Positions 46,015 to 56,652 are shown, numbered from the stretch's first letter. The stretch: 64,000 bases of DNA from Flavobacteriales bacterium (GCA_002705205.1 PAHP01000007.1:128122-192121); one strand, 5' to 3'. Program-made: numbers and translations. Notes: generated by a model not told the origin, from the letters alone.

Positions 46015-47019
46015 ATGAAACAAATACTATTATTTTTTAGCATTGCATTACTTACTTTTTTCACAGCTACCTGGTTTTTAGGATCGAATAAAGTTTATGA
46101 TAGGATAGAATTAGAAATCAACAGGTTTGAAGAGGAGTTATTTTCAATTACTGAAGAAAATGTGCAAAATAAGATGTTATATTGGGAGGCTGATTATGGC
46201 ACTTTTCCTGCGATTTTTGCTAGTCAAATAATGCGAAGTGGGGAGGTGAAAAATAAGCAATATGAAGATGAGTTATTAGCCTTTACTCATCAGGAAGATA
46301 TGAGAGAAGCATATGATTCTACAGTCTTATTATACAAGGATTTCTCTAGTCTTCAATATGATCTGGAGTTAGCATTTGGACAGTTCTCTGCCAACTTCCC
46401 ATCCTTCCCTATACCTGAGATAACCACTTTTTTTGGAGGTTTTAATTATGGAGTAGTTACTTACGATAATAATATTGCAATTGGCTTAGAGAACTTCCTA
46501 GGCAGAAATAGTAAGTTTTATAAGTATCTTTCAGATCCTGAGTATATTAGGTTTCAGAAACAAAAGAAGTTTATTATATCAAATGTAATGGAAGTATGGT
46601 TTAATGAGCATTTCCAGAAGTTTTTAGGTGGTAGAGATTTGTTGTCTCAAATAATATATAAAGGCAAGGTAATGTATTTTATTGATAAAATGCTTCGTGA
46701 TATCCCAATTGAGGATAAGTTTAGATTTACTAAGAGTCAAATGGATTGGGTCATAGATAATGAAGCAAGTATTTGGCAATATTTAGTCTATGAAGATTTG
46801 CTGTTTTCTAAAAAAGAAGATGAATTTAGAACTTTTGTAAATTATGCTCCTTTTGCTAAAGGGATGCCAAATGAAGCTCCTGCAAGGGTAGCTTATTATA
46901 CAGGTTATCAAATGGTATGTGAGTATATGAAAAATAATAAAATTAACATAGAAGAGTTGATGTATCTTACTGATTCAAGGCAGTTTCTCCAACAATCAAA
47001 ATATAAACCAACAAAATAA
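46015..47019 (+). CDS. gldB: Gliding motility protein GldB homolog
   Basis: 334 aa, the size of GldB. An RFEEELFS-type motif after the N-terminal hydrophobic segment. It directly precedes a 108-aa GldC-like gene, the gldB-gldC operon arrangement of F. johnsoniae. Confidence 0.65.
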   Translation: MKQILLFFSIALLTFFTATWFLGSNKVYDRIELEINRFEEELFSITEENVQNKMLYWEADYGTFPAIFASQIMRSGEVKNKQYEDELLAFTHQEDMREAYDSTVLLYKDFSSLQYDLELAFGQFSANFPSFPIPEITTFFGGFNYGVVTYDNNIAIGLENFLGRNSKFYKYLSDPEYIRFQKQKKFIISNVMEVWFNEHFQKFLGGRDLLSQIIYKGKVMYFIDKMLRDIPIEDKFRFTKSQMDWVIDNEASIWQYLVYEDLLFSKKEDEFRTFVNYAPFAKGMPNEAPARVAYYTGYQMVCEYMKNNKINIEELMYLTDSRQFLQQSKYKPTK

Positions 47020-47025
47020 TAGCGT

Positions 47026-47352
47026 ATGAAACAGACATTAAAGTTTGAAGTAGAATTAGACGAAAATCATTTACCATTAGATATTAGAATGGATTCAGGC
47101 AATGGTATGGATGTAGAAAATAATATTAAGGCTTTGATGGTTTCAGCTTGGGCTGCAAAGACCCAAGAAACCTTGCGTATTGATTTATGGACTAAAGATA
47201 TGCCCGTAAATGAAATGTTTATTATGTTTCATCAAACAATGATAGGTATGGCTAACACATTAGATAAAGCAACGGGTCATTCCAAATTGGCAGGTGCATT
47301 AAAGGATTATTGTGAATTTTTCGCAGAACAAACAAAAATAAAAGAATTTTAA
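47026..47352 (+). CDS. gldC: Gliding motility-associated protein GldC homolog
   Basis: 108 aa soluble protein 6 nt downstream of gldB. N-terminal [14 protein letters not shown] pattern. Confidence 0.6.
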   Translation: MKQTLKFEVELDENHLPLDIRMDSGNGMDVENNIKALMVSAWAAKTQETLRIDLWTKDMPVNEMFIMFHQTMIGMANTLDKATGHSKLAGALKDYCEFFAEQTKIKEF

Positions 47353-47957
47353 GATGTTTTTTTAAATTGGGGGTTGAGGCGTTCAATATATGTTAAGATG
47401 CCATTAAGTCCTTCTTTTTTTTCTGCTGAGGTAATAAATATTTCAGGTAGCCATTCCCATTGTTGAAGCATTGTAGCTTTGTATTTCTTGATGTTATCAG
47501 AAAGTGCTGTTTTCCCAAGTTTATCACTTTTAGTAAAAACTATTGTAAAAGGGATTCGTTTTTCTGCTAACCATTTCATAAATTCTTGATCAATCTGCTG
47601 GGGCTTGTGTCTACTGTCAATTAAAACAAATAGACATATAAGATTTAGTCTATTTAATAAGTATTCGCTTATCATATTATGAAACTCCGCTCTTTTTACT
47701 TTAGATACTCTTGCAAATCCGTATCCAGGTAGGTCAACTAAATACCAATTATTATTTATTAGAAAATGATTTATTAGTTGCGTTTTTCCTGGATTTCCTG
47801 ATGTTTTTGCTAGCTTTCTATTGTTTGCAAGCGCATTTATTAATGATGATTTTCCCACATTAGATCTTCCTATAAAAGCATATTCTGGAATTTCCGGTGT
47901 AGGACAAATTTTGTAATTAGTATTGCTAATTACAAATTCAGCAGATTTAATCTTCAT
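47349..47957 (-). CDS. engB: Ribosome biogenesis GTP-binding protein YsxC/EngB
   Basis: 202 aa. G1 [10 protein letters not shown]3 DLPGYG, G4 TKSDK. Confidence 0.9.
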   Translation of the reverse strand: MKIKSAEFVISNTNYKICPTPEIPEYAFIGRSNVGKSSLINALANNRKLAKTSGNPGKTQLINHFLINNNWYLVDLPGYGFARVSKVKRAEFHNMISEYLLNRLNLICLFVLIDSRHKPQQIDQEFMKWLAEKRIPFTIVFTKSDKLGKTALSDNIKKYKATMLQQWEWLPEIFITSAEKKEGLNGILTYIERLNPQFKKTS

Positions 47958-47963
47958 AAATAA

Positions 47964-48716
47964 TTAGAATTTTTCTTTAAGAAATTGAAGTACAATTTCA
48001 CTAAATCTTTTTGGGTGCTCCCACATCGCTGCATGTCCGCATAAAGGAATCCAATTTAACTCCGAATCTGGCAATAGTTTATGAAATTCTTCAGCTACGT
48101 GTGGAGGAGTAACTTTGTCATCAGCGCCCCAAACTAAGCAAACAGGTTTATTGATGTTTGGGATATCGTCAGCCATATTATGTCTAATAGCTGATTTTGC
48201 ATATCCTAATAATTTAAGTACAGAGATTCTGTTGTTAGCAATTTCGAAAACCCGATCTACTAAATCATCTGTAGCTACTTTTGGGTCGTAAAATACTTCT
48301 TCAGTTTTTGCGCGGATATAATCTTTATCACCTCTTCTAGGAAAAGAGCTTCCCATTGACTCTTCAAATAGTCCTGAACTTCCTGTTAATATTAATCCAT
48401 CAACTTTCTCTGGATGTTCTTTTGTGAATATTAGGCCAATATGACCTCCCATGGAGTTTCCTATTAGTACAGCGCTATCAAGATTTAAATGGCTCATAAA
48501 ATCATATAGGTAGTCACTTAATGCTTTTACAGATACCTTAAGTAAGTTACCTTCAAAAAGTTTTAGGTCAAGACCGTAGACTACATATTCTTCTGATATA
48601 AAATCAACCATCTCTCCAAAGTTTTCAACTCCACCCATTAGACCGTGCAGTAGGATGATAGGTTGCCCACTCACACCTTCTTGAAGCCATTTAAATTTCC
48701 CTTCTTCCTTAACCAT
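47964..48716 (-). CDS. Alpha/beta-fold hydrolase
   Basis: 250 aa. Nucleophile elbow GNSMGG, HG oxyanion motif (LLHGL), and a C-terminal His (CGHAAMWEHP). Confidence 0.8.
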   Translation of the reverse strand: MVKEEGKFKWLQEGVSGQPIILLHGLMGGVENFGEMVDFISEEYVVYGLDLKLFEGNLLKVSVKALSDYLYDFMSHLNLDSAVLIGNSMGGHIGLIFTKEHPEKVDGLILTGSSGLFEESMGSSFPRRGDKDYIRAKTEEVFYDPKVATDDLVDRVFEIANNRISVLKLLGYAKSAIRHNMADDIPNINKPVCLVWGADDKVTPPHVAEEFHKLLPDSELNWIPLCGHAAMWEHPKRFSEIVLQFLKEKF

Positions 48717-48804
48717 ATAGAGTTTTAGATTTTAGATTACAAAGAAACGAAAATATTTATTAAAGTCAAATACTAGATTTGAGGGTGCGTTTTTTTTGAC
48801 GGAT

Positions 48805-48850
48805 GTGGGTAAAGTTATCAACAAAGTGGGGTATAGTGGGAGAAAGTGGG
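48805..48850 (+). promoter_or_regulatory. MraZ operator: GTGGG direct repeats upstream of mraZ
   Basis: GTGGG at 48826, 48836 and 48846, exactly 10-bp phased, plus a fourth copy at 48805. Located 43-88 nt upstream of the mraZ start. Confidence 0.7.
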
Positions 48851-48892
48851 GTTTATTCGTATATTAGCACCCAGATTTAAAATAAACACTAG

Positions 48893-49369
48893 GTGATTAA
48901 TATTGTTGGAACACACGAATGTAAGGTTGATGCTAAGGGACGTGTAATGTTTCCTGCCTCTCTCAAGAAGCAGTTACTAAAGGTAATTTCTGATGGTTTT
49001 GTAATTAAACGATCTGTATTTAATCAGTGTTTAGAAATTCATCCTATGAATGAATGGAATAAGGTGGTTGGTCAAGTGAGTAAGCTTAATCGATTTGTAA
49101 AAAAGAATAATGATTTTATTCGATCATATATGGCAGGGCTAAAGATAGTTGAAGTAGATAATGCTGGTCGTTTTCTAATCCCAAAAGATTTGTTGTCTTT
49201 TGCGGCTTTGGATAAAGAGATTGTATTATCATCATCAGTCAATATGATTGAGATATGGGACAAAAAAAAGTATGAGTCTTCAGTTGCTGAAACTTTAAAG
49301 GATTTTGGTAATTTATCTGAAGAAGTAATGGGAGGCCAAACATCAACTGATTCTAATGGTTTATCATAA
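48893..49369 (+). CDS. mraZ: Transcriptional regulator MraZ
   Basis: 158 aa, GTG start. Two SpoVT/AbrB-like repeats with DAKGRVMFP and DNAGRFLIP. Confidence 0.9.
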   Translation: MINIVGTHECKVDAKGRVMFPASLKKQLLKVISDGFVIKRSVFNQCLEIHPMNEWNKVVGQVSKLNRFVKKNNDFIRSYMAGLKIVEVDNAGRFLIPKDLLSFAALDKEIVLSSSVNMIEIWDKKKYESSVAETLKDFGNLSEEVMGGQTSTDSNGLS

Positions 49370-50267
49370 CCCTGTATTACTACAAGAATGTATAGATGGA
49401 TTGAATATAAAACCTGAAGGGATCTACGTAGATACTACTTTTGGGGGTGGTGGCCACTCAAGATTGATTATGAGTAAATTAAGTCATGGTAGGTTATTTG
49501 CTTTTGATCAAGATAGAGATGCTGCTAATAATGATTTAAAGCAGGCAGGATTTAAATTAATTAATGCAAATTTTCGGTATTTGAGTAACTTTCTAAGAAT
49601 GGAGGGGGTTGAAAAAATAGACGGCTTACTTGCTGATTTAGGAGTTTCTTCTTATCAGTTTGATATTCCTGAAAGGGGTTTCTCAACTCGATTTACTGGC
49701 AAACTTGACATGAGAATGAATAGGGATGCAGATTTATCAGCAATAGAAGTAATCAATAACTACTCAGAAGAGAGCTTGGCAAGTATTTTATTTAGATATG
49801 GAGATTTAAATAACTCAAGGAGGATATCAAGAGAGATTGTTAGAGCTAGATCTATTAGCCCAATTAGAACTACAACTCAGTTAATTGCTGTTATAAATGA
49901 AATAGTTCATGAGAAGCATAGAAACCAGTTTCTCGCAAGAGTTTTTCAGGCAATCAGAATTGAGGTAAATGATGAGATTTCTGCTCTCCAAGAAATGTTA
50001 TTAAGCGCAATTGATATGCTTAATCCTGATGGGCGGTTAGTAGTTCTATCATATCATTCATTGGAAGATAGGTTAGTGAAGAATTTGATGAAGAAAGGAA
50101 ATTTTGATGGATTAGTTAAGAAAGATTTCTTTGGAAATCAAATTAAGAAACTTAAGGAAATAAATAAAAAAGTAATCATAGCATCCAAAAAAGAGGTGAA
50201 AGATAACTCAAGAGCACGAAGTGCAAAATTAAGAGTAGCAGAAAAAATTAATGAGAATAAAAACTGA
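49356..50267 (+). CDS. rsmH: 16S rRNA (cytosine1402-N4)-methyltransferase RsmH
   Basis: 303 aa. YHNPVLLQE, TFGGGGHS, DLGVSS. Confidence 0.95.
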   Translation: MVYHNPVLLQECIDGLNIKPEGIYVDTTFGGGGHSRLIMSKLSHGRLFAFDQDRDAANNDLKQAGFKLINANFRYLSNFLRMEGVEKIDGLLADLGVSSYQFDIPERGFSTRFTGKLDMRMNRDADLSAIEVINNYSEESLASILFRYGDLNNSRRISREIVRARSISPIRTTTQLIAVINEIVHEKHRNQFLARVFQAIRIEVNDEISALQEMLLSAIDMLNPDGRLVVLSYHSLEDRLVKNLMKKGNFDGLVKKDFFGNQIKKLKEINKKVIIASKKEVKDNSRARSAKLRVAEKINENKN

Positions 50268-50580
50268 GAGAGCAAATACAATTAGTTCAATTTTAAGAGG
50301 GGAGTTTATTGCTGATAGAAGCAATTCTAAACTTGTTCCTTTTTTACTAATGATAGTTGTACTTGTGCTTATTAATATTCGTTCTTCATTTCATGCTGAA
50401 GCATTATTGAAAAGATCAATTGCATTAGAAAAAGAAGTCGCTGACTTAAGGTTAGGATATATTACTACAAAATCAGAGTTAATGAGCATGTATCGAAGGT
50501 CTGTAATTGAAAAAATTGTAGAAGAAGAAGGGCTTAGAACATCTTTAGTTCATCCAGAAATTATTACGCTTAATGAATAA
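50251..50580 (+). CDS. ftsL: FtsL-like cell division protein
   Basis: 109 aa. A single TM segment (LVPFLLMIVVLVLINI) followed by a short coiled coil, in the canonical position between rsmH and ftsI. Confidence 0.65.
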   Translation: MRIKTERANTISSILRGEFIADRSNSKLVPFLLMIVVLVLINIRSSFHAEALLKRSIALEKEVADLRLGYITTKSELMSMYRRSVIEKIVEEEGLRTSLVHPEIITLNE

Positions 50581-52660
50581 AGAAACGCAAAAAACAAATA
50601 TTAGAGTCATAGGCTTATATCTATTTGTTCTATTTGTTTTTTTTACTGTTGTTGCGAAGGTGATAAAAGTCCAGCAATTTGATGCAGTCATAAATACTAC
50701 AAGTCAACCAAGGTTTTTTACTGTTCCGGCTCCAAGGGGTAATATTCTTGCAGATGATGGTTCTTTACTTGCTATCTCAATGCCACTCTATAATGTTCAT
50801 CTTGACATGAGTGTAATAGATGACGTATTATTTGAAGAATATGTTGCTGAGATATCTGTAGCTCTTGCAGATTTATTTAATGATAAAACATCAGATGAGT
50901 ATGAGCAATTTTTAAGGTTATCCAAGAAGTCAAAAAGAAATAAATATGTTAGACTTCATGTTAAGGTTACTCATAATGAGCTGAATTTACTTAAGAAATT
51001 TCCAATATTTAAACTTGGACAGAATAGAGGAGGTCTTATTGCAGAGCAAAGGCCAAATCGAGAGACACCTTTTGGTGTCCTTGCACAAAGAACAATAGGA
51101 GAATATCGTGAGGTAAATCCAGTTGGAGTTGAGCGAGCCTATGATCCAGTACTATCAGGAATTGATGGGATCCATTTAAAGAGAAAAATTGCTCAAGGAG
51201 TTTGGGTTCATCAAGATTCTGAAGGAAATAAAATGCCAAAAGCAGGTAAAGATATTGTAATGACTATAAATATCGACATGCAGGATGTTGCAGAGAAATC
51301 ATTAGAAAGAACATTGATTAAACAGAATGCCGATTGGGGGTGTGTAGTGCTTATGGAAGTAGCAACTGGTAAGATAAAAGTTATTGCAAATCTTAGGAAG
51401 GATACGCTTGACAGAGTGAGTGAGTATTATAATTACGCGATGGCTGAGCATGATGCGCCAGGATCAACATTTAAATTAGCTTCTATAATTGCAGGATTAG
51501 AAGACGGTAAATTTAAGGTTTCTGACTCTGTTGATTTGCAAATGGGGATGATACAATATTATGACAGAGTAATGAAAGATTCGCCTCACAATTTTCAGAA
51601 AGTAAGTATTCAGGAAGCATTTATTATGTCTTCAAATGTTGGGATTTCCAGAATAATAAATGATAACTACAAGAAAGAGCCGACATCTTATACTAATAGG
51701 ATTTATAAAATGGGTTTGAATACTCCGCTTGAATTAGAGCTCCCATATCCTCCAGGCTTAAGAATGCCTGCGCCTAATAAGAGAGGTTGGTCTGGAGTTA
51801 CTTTGCCTTGGATGTCAACTGGATATGAAATGGCATTGACTCCATTACATGTACTTACATTCTATAATGCGATTGCAAATAATGGTAAGATGATGAAGCC
51901 AATTTTTACTTCATCTATTGTCTCTGAGGGAAGAGAGATAGTAAAGAAATACCCTGAGGTAATAAATCCTGCTATTTGTTCTCAATCTACTATTAATGAA
52001 ATTATGCCCTTATTAATTGGGGTAGTGGATTACGGAACAGCAAAAGATATTAAGTCAGATAATTATAAAATTGCTGGAAAAACAGGTACAACTGTGCTTA
52101 ATTATGCAGGAAGAAAGGAGGGCGAAGAAAAGAAGTATCAAGCCTCATTTGCTGGTTTCTTTCCTGCTGATGATCCTAAGTATTCGTGTATTGTTGTTAT
52201 TAATAATCCAAAGAATGGTCAGGTTTATGGAGGTAAAGTGGCTGCACCTATATTTAAAGAATTAGCTGATAAAGTTTACGCTCTTGACATGGACATCCAT
52301 AACCCAATGCTAGTTTCAGAGAACTATAAGAGTTTGCCAAAGATAAAACAAGGAAAAGTAAAACAAGCAACTGTTGTTTTAAATGACTTAAAGATTATTA
52401 ATGACGCAACAGAAGCTAATTACATGGTTGCTTTGACTTCTGATAAAGAGGTAAGGTTAGAAGTAAGGAAAGTAGAAGAAGATTTGCAGAATGGAAGCAT
52501 GCCAAATTTAAGAGGCATGAATTTAAAGGACGCAATATATCTATTAGAAACTTATGGATTGACAGTGAAAATTTCAGGATGTGGCGAGATTATAAGACAA
52601 TCTATCAAGAAAGGCGAGCTAATAAAGAAAGGAGGTGTAATAAAAATAGAATTAGGATAA
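50573..52660 (+). CDS. ftsI: Penicillin-binding protein 3 (FtsI) with a C-terminal PASTA domain
   Basis: 695 aa. SxxK (GSTFKL), SxN (SSN), KTGT, and a C-terminal PASTA-like MPNLRGMNLKDAIYLLETYGLTVKISG. Confidence 0.9.
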   Translation: MNKETQKTNIRVIGLYLFVLFVFFTVVAKVIKVQQFDAVINTTSQPRFFTVPAPRGNILADDGSLLAISMPLYNVHLDMSVIDDVLFEEYVAEISVALADLFNDKTSDEYEQFLRLSKKSKRNKYVRLHVKVTHNELNLLKKFPIFKLGQNRGGLIAEQRPNRETPFGVLAQRTIGEYREVNPVGVERAYDPVLSGIDGIHLKRKIAQGVWVHQDSEGNKMPKAGKDIVMTINIDMQDVAEKSLERTLIKQNADWGCVVLMEVATGKIKVIANLRKDTLDRVSEYYNYAMAEHDAPGSTFKLASIIAGLEDGKFKVSDSVDLQMGMIQYYDRVMKDSPHNFQKVSIQEAFIMSSNVGISRIINDNYKKEPTSYTNRIYKMGLNTPLELELPYPPGLRMPAPNKRGWSGVTLPWMSTGYEMALTPLHVLTFYNAIANNGKMMKPIFTSSIVSEGREIVKKYPEVINPAICSQSTINEIMPLLIGVVDYGTAKDIKSDNYKIAGKTGTTVLNYAGRKEGEEKKYQASFAGFFPADDPKYSCIVVINNPKNGQVYGGKVAAPIFKELADKVYALDMDIHNPMLVSENYKSLPKIKQGKVKQATVVLNDLKIINDATEANYMVALTSDKEVRLEVRKVEEDLQNGSMPNLRGMNLKDAIYLLETYGLTVKISGCGEIIRQSIKKGELIKKGGVIKIELG

Positions 52661-54117
52661 TGAAGTTACAGCATCTTTTATATAAAGTAAGTATTGACAA
52701 GTTAATTGGTAAAACTGATTTAGAGATCTCTAATATTCAGTTTGATTCAAGAAAAGTGAAGCAAAGCAATCTGTTTGTTGCAATCAAAGGAATTATAGAT
52801 GATGGGCATAAATATATCTCTAATGCCATTGAGAATGGGGCTAGCAGTATTATTATTGAAGATATTCCTGAAGATATAAATGAACAAGTAACCTATATAC
52901 AGGTTGAGAGTTCACATGATGCATTAGCTATATTAGCAGCTAATTTCTATAACAACCCTTCTGAAAGAATCAAGTTAGTAGGGGTGACTGGCACTAATGG
53001 CAAGACGACTATTGTTAGTTTATTGCACCAGCTTTTTATTTTACTTAATCTAAGGGTAGGTATGTTGTCTACTATACAGAATAAGATAATGGATGAAGCT
53101 ATAGAATCAACTTTTACAACGCCAGATGCATTACAGATAAACTTCTTACTTGACAAGATGATTAAGAATGGTTGTGAGTATTGCTTTATGGAGGTTAGTT
53201 CGCATGCATTGGCCCAAGGCAGAGTAAATGGACTTAATTTCTCTGCAGGAGTTTTTACAAATATTACTCATGACCATTTAGATTACCATAACACTTTTGC
53301 TGAATACCGTGATGTGAAGAAATCTTTTTTTGATTCGTTAAATAAAAATGCTTTTGTATTAACAAATAATGATGATAAAAACGGTTTAAAAATGCTAGAA
53401 GGAACTAAAGCTAGGAAGCTTACATATTCCTTGAGGTCATCATCAGATTATAAGTTAAAAGTATTAGAAAATCAGTTTCAGGGTATGTTGTTAAAGATTA
53501 ATAATGTGGATGTTTGGGTAAAGCTTATTGGCGATTTTAATGCATATAATATTTTGGCTGTTTATGCAATTGCACATCAATTTTCTTTTGAGGATTATGA
53601 TGTGCTTACAGCATTAAGTATGCTTATTCCAGCAGAGGGGAGGTTTCAGTTTGTAAGGAATGATGATAAAATTACTGGTATTGTTGATTATGCCCATACA
53701 GAGGATGCTTTAAAAAATGTTTTGTCGACAATTAATAATATCAGAACAAATGAAGAGGAGTTAATAACTGTTGTGGGTTGTGGTGGCGATAGAGATAAAA
53801 CAAAACGACCATTTATGGCGATAGTTGCTTGTAATTTAAGTGATCAGGTTATTATTACTTCTGATAATCCAAGATCAGAAAATCCAGATGAAATAATTCA
53901 GCATATGATAAAAGAATTAGATCCTGTGCAAAAGAAGAAGGTTCTTGTGATCAATGATAGAAGACAAGCAATAATGACTGCAGGAAGATTAGCGAATCCA
54001 AAAGACATCATCTTAATTGCAGGCAAAGGACATGAAAAGTATCAAGAGATAGGTGGCGAAAAATTGCCATTTGACGATATGGAAGAATTAAAACAATCAT
54101 TAAATATAAATAACTAA
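52660..54117 (+). CDS. murE: UDP-N-acetylmuramoyl-L-alanyl-D-glutamate--2,6-diaminopimelate ligase
   Basis: ATG at 52660 (MKLQHLLYK) overlaps the ftsI stop (TAATG). [11 protein letters not shown]-loop, and a DNPR motif ([10 protein letters not shown]) indicating DAP specificity. Confidence 0.9.
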   Translation: MKLQHLLYKVSIDKLIGKTDLEISNIQFDSRKVKQSNLFVAIKGIIDDGHKYISNAIENGASSIIIEDIPEDINEQVTYIQVESSHDALAILAANFYNNPSERIKLVGVTGTNGKTTIVSLLHQLFILLNLRVGMLSTIQNKIMDEAIESTFTTPDALQINFLLDKMIKNGCEYCFMEVSSHALAQGRVNGLNFSAGVFTNITHDHLDYHNTFAEYRDVKKSFFDSLNKNAFVLTNNDDKNGLKMLEGTKARKLTYSLRSSSDYKLKVLENQFQGMLLKINNVDVWVKLIGDFNAYNILAVYAIAHQFSFEDYDVLTALSMLIPAEGRFQFVRNDDKITGIVDYAHTEDALKNVLSTINNIRTNEEELITVVGCGGDRDKTKRPFMAIVACNLSDQVIITSDNPRSENPDEIIQHMIKELDPVQKKKVLVINDRRQAIMTAGRLANPKDIILIAGKGHEKYQEIGGEKLPFDDMEELKQSLNINN

Positions 54118-54118
54118 T

Positions 54119-55333
54119 ATGTTATACTACTTATTCGAATACTTGCAAAGCGTATATGATTTTCCAGGAGCTGGCCTATTTCAATATATTTCTTTTAGAG
54201 CAGCTATGGCTGTAATTACATCTTTGTTGGTTTCACTTGTTTTTGGGGGTAAGATTATTGAGTTAATCCAAAGAAAACAAATTAGTGAGGAAGTAAGATC
54301 GTTAGGACTTATAGGTGAGGAACAAAAACAAGGAACCCCAACAATGGGAGGCTTAATCATTTTAGCAGCAATACTAATCCCAACTTTATTATTTACAAAA
54401 CTTGATAACATTTACATTATCACTATGATAGTATCCACAGTATGGTTGGGTGTAATTGGTTTTATTGATGACTATATAAAAGTCTTTAAAAAAGATAAAG
54501 AAGGATTGGCTGGCAGGTTCAAAGTATTAGGGCAAATTGGACTGGGTATAATTGTTGGATTGATTATGGTATTTCATTCTGACATCGTTGTAAAAGATGA
54601 AGTGAGTTTTTCATCAGATACTGAAGTTTTTGATTCTGTTAATTTAGCGAAGAAGTCTTCAAAAACTACCACTCCATTTTTAAAGAATAATGAATTTGAT
54701 TATCAAATATTGACTGATTGGGTGGGAGAATCTGCAAAGGATTATACTTGGATTCTTTTTATCCTGATTGTTGTTATAATTATCACTGCTGTAAGTAATG
54801 GGGCAAATATGACTGATGGACTTGATGGATTGGCGACAGGTACTTCTGCAATTATAGGAGGAACATTAGCTCTTTTTGCTTATGTGTCTGGGAATATAAT
54901 TGCTGCTGATTATTTGAATATAATGTACATTCCAGACACTGGTGAATTAGTGATATATATGGCAGCATTTGTAGGAGCTTGTGTAGGTTTTATGTGGTAT
55001 AACTCATATCCAGCACAAGTATTTATGGGGGATACAGGTTCATTAGCTCTTGGGGGCATTATTGCTGTTGTTTCTATATTAATAAGGAAAGAATTATTAA
55101 TTCCAGTATTGTGTGGGATTTTCTTAGTTGAAAATTTATCAGTGATTATGCAGGTAGGTTATTTTAAATACACAAAAAAGAAGTTTGGAGAAGGGAAGCG
55201 GATTTTTAAGATGGCTCCTTTACATCATCATTATCAAAAACTAGGAATGAATGAAAGTAAGATCGTAACACGATTTTGGATTGTAGGCATTATGCTTGCA
55301 GTCATTACAGTAGTAACATTAAAATTAAGATAA
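54119..55333 (+). CDS. mraY: Phospho-N-acetylmuramoyl-pentapeptide transferase
   Basis: 404 aa polytopic. Motifs [26 protein letters not shown], and PLHHH. Confidence 0.95.
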   Translation: MLYYLFEYLQSVYDFPGAGLFQYISFRAAMAVITSLLVSLVFGGKIIELIQRKQISEEVRSLGLIGEEQKQGTPTMGGLIILAAILIPTLLFTKLDNIYIITMIVSTVWLGVIGFIDDYIKVFKKDKEGLAGRFKVLGQIGLGIIVGLIMVFHSDIVVKDEVSFSSDTEVFDSVNLAKKSSKTTTPFLKNNEFDYQILTDWVGESAKDYTWILFILIVVIIITAVSNGANMTDGLDGLATGTSAIIGGTLALFAYVSGNIIAADYLNIMYIPDTGELVIYMAAFVGACVGFMWYNSYPAQVFMGDTGSLALGGIIAVVSILIRKELLIPVLCGIFLVENLSVIMQVGYFKYTKKKFGEGKRIFKMAPLHHHYQKLGMNESKIVTRFWIVGIMLAVITVVTLKLR

Positions 55334-56652
55334 TGAATAAAAGGATAGTTGTCCTTGGAGCTGGAATTAGTGGTTTAGGTGCAGCTGTACTAGCAAAGAA
55401 AAAAGGATTTAATGTTTTTATTTCTGACAATGGAGTAATTACTAATCAGCATAAAGCAGTTCTTTTAAATAATAAGATTGAATGGGAAGAAGGAAAGCAT
55501 ACTATGCATAAGATTTTAAATGCGAATGAGATAATTAAGAGTCCTGGTATCCCTGATGATATCGATGTTGTAAAGGAGATTCATAGAAAAGGAATATCAG
55601 TAATATCTGAAGTGGAATTTGCATTTCGATATACTAAAGCAAGAATTGCAGCAATAACAGGAAGTAATGGGAAAACTACAACTACATTATTGTTGGGTCA
55701 CATCCTTAAAAATGCAGATTATGATGTTCTGATTGCAGGAAATGTAGGTGTTGGCTTTGCTCTTTCTCTTGCAGAGAGGGATTATGACTTTATAGTACTT
55801 GAGTTAAGTAGCTTTCAGCTTGATGGAATTAAGAAATTCAGAAGTGATATAGCAATATTACTAAATATAAAGGCTGATCATCTAGATAGATATAATAATA
55901 GGTTAGAAGAATATGCAAGATCAAAGTTTAGGATTACAGAGAATCAAACTGAAAATGATGTATTGATATTTAATGCAGACGATACAATTATAGATAAGAT
56001 AAGTACTAAAGCAAAAACACTTCCAATATCACTAATAAAAGAAATAGATGAGGGAGGTTATTTAAATGAAAACGAACTAATAATAAATATAAATAATAAA
56101 ACTATGACAATTCAAGAACTAGCTCTTCAGGGAAAACATAATACCTTTAACTCTATGGCTGCTGGGATAGCTGCTAGAGTCTTTGATGTAAAAGATTCAG
56201 TTATTAGGAAATCAATGATTGATTTTCAGAATGTAGAACACAGATTAGAATATGTATTAACAGTACATGGGATAGATTTCATTAATGATTCAAAAGCAAC
56301 GAATGTGAATGCTTGTTGGTTTGCACTTGAAAGCATGCAAAAAGAAACAGTTTGGATTGTTGGTGGTGTTGACAAAGGAAATGATTACTCTGAATTATAT
56401 GATATGGTAAGAGATAAGGTAAAGGCAATTATTTGTTTAGGAGAGAATAATCAAAATATCATTAGTGCTTTTAAAGGAAAGGTTGAGACTATTGTTCAGG
56501 CTTCATCAATGGATGAGGCGGTTAACCAGTCGTATAGTTTAGCGGATAAAGGAGATGTTGTTCTTTTATCTCCAGCATGTGCAAGTTTTGATTTGTTTTC
56601 TAATTATGAAGATAGAGGTTTTCAATTCAAAAATGCAGTTAGGATTCTTTAA
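55333..56652 (+). CDS. murD: UDP-N-acetylmuramoylalanine--D-glutamate ligase
   Basis: ATG at 55333 ([16 protein letters not shown]). GSNGKTTT P-loop. The ORF-track start at 55276 lies inside mraY. Confidence 0.9.
   Translation: MNKRIVVLGAGISGLGAAVLAKKKGFNVFISDNGVITNQHKAVLLNNKIEWEEGKHTMHKILNANEIIKSPGIPDDIDVVKEIHRKGISVISEVEFAFRYTKARIAAITGSNGKTTTTLLLGHILKNADYDVLIAGNVGVGFALSLAERDYDFIVLELSSFQLDGIKKFRSDIAILLNIKADHLDRYNNRLEEYARSKFRITENQTENDVLIFNADDTIIDKISTKAKTLPISLIKEIDEGGYLNENELIININNKTMTIQELALQGKHNTFNSMAAGIAARVFDVKDSVIRKSMIDFQNVEHRLEYVLTVHGIDFINDSKATNVNACWFALESMQKETVWIVGGVDKGNDYSELYDMVRDKVKAIICLGENNQNIISAFKGKVETIVQASSMDEAVNQSYSLADKGDVVLLSPACASFDLFSNYEDRGFQFKNAVRIL

Noticed and set aside
52579-52659. 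N-terminal extensions given by the ORF track for murE (52579) and, likewise, murD (55276), nadE (46023), P3 (11315), P7 (14173), lnt (43285) and the M43 protease (27884)
   Set aside because: The extensions overlap the preceding gene or promoter, encode non-conserved or basic junk, and bury signal peptides or canonical N-termini. Internal ATGs give TAATG coupling, Q-rule signal peptides, or a proper distance from a -7 box.
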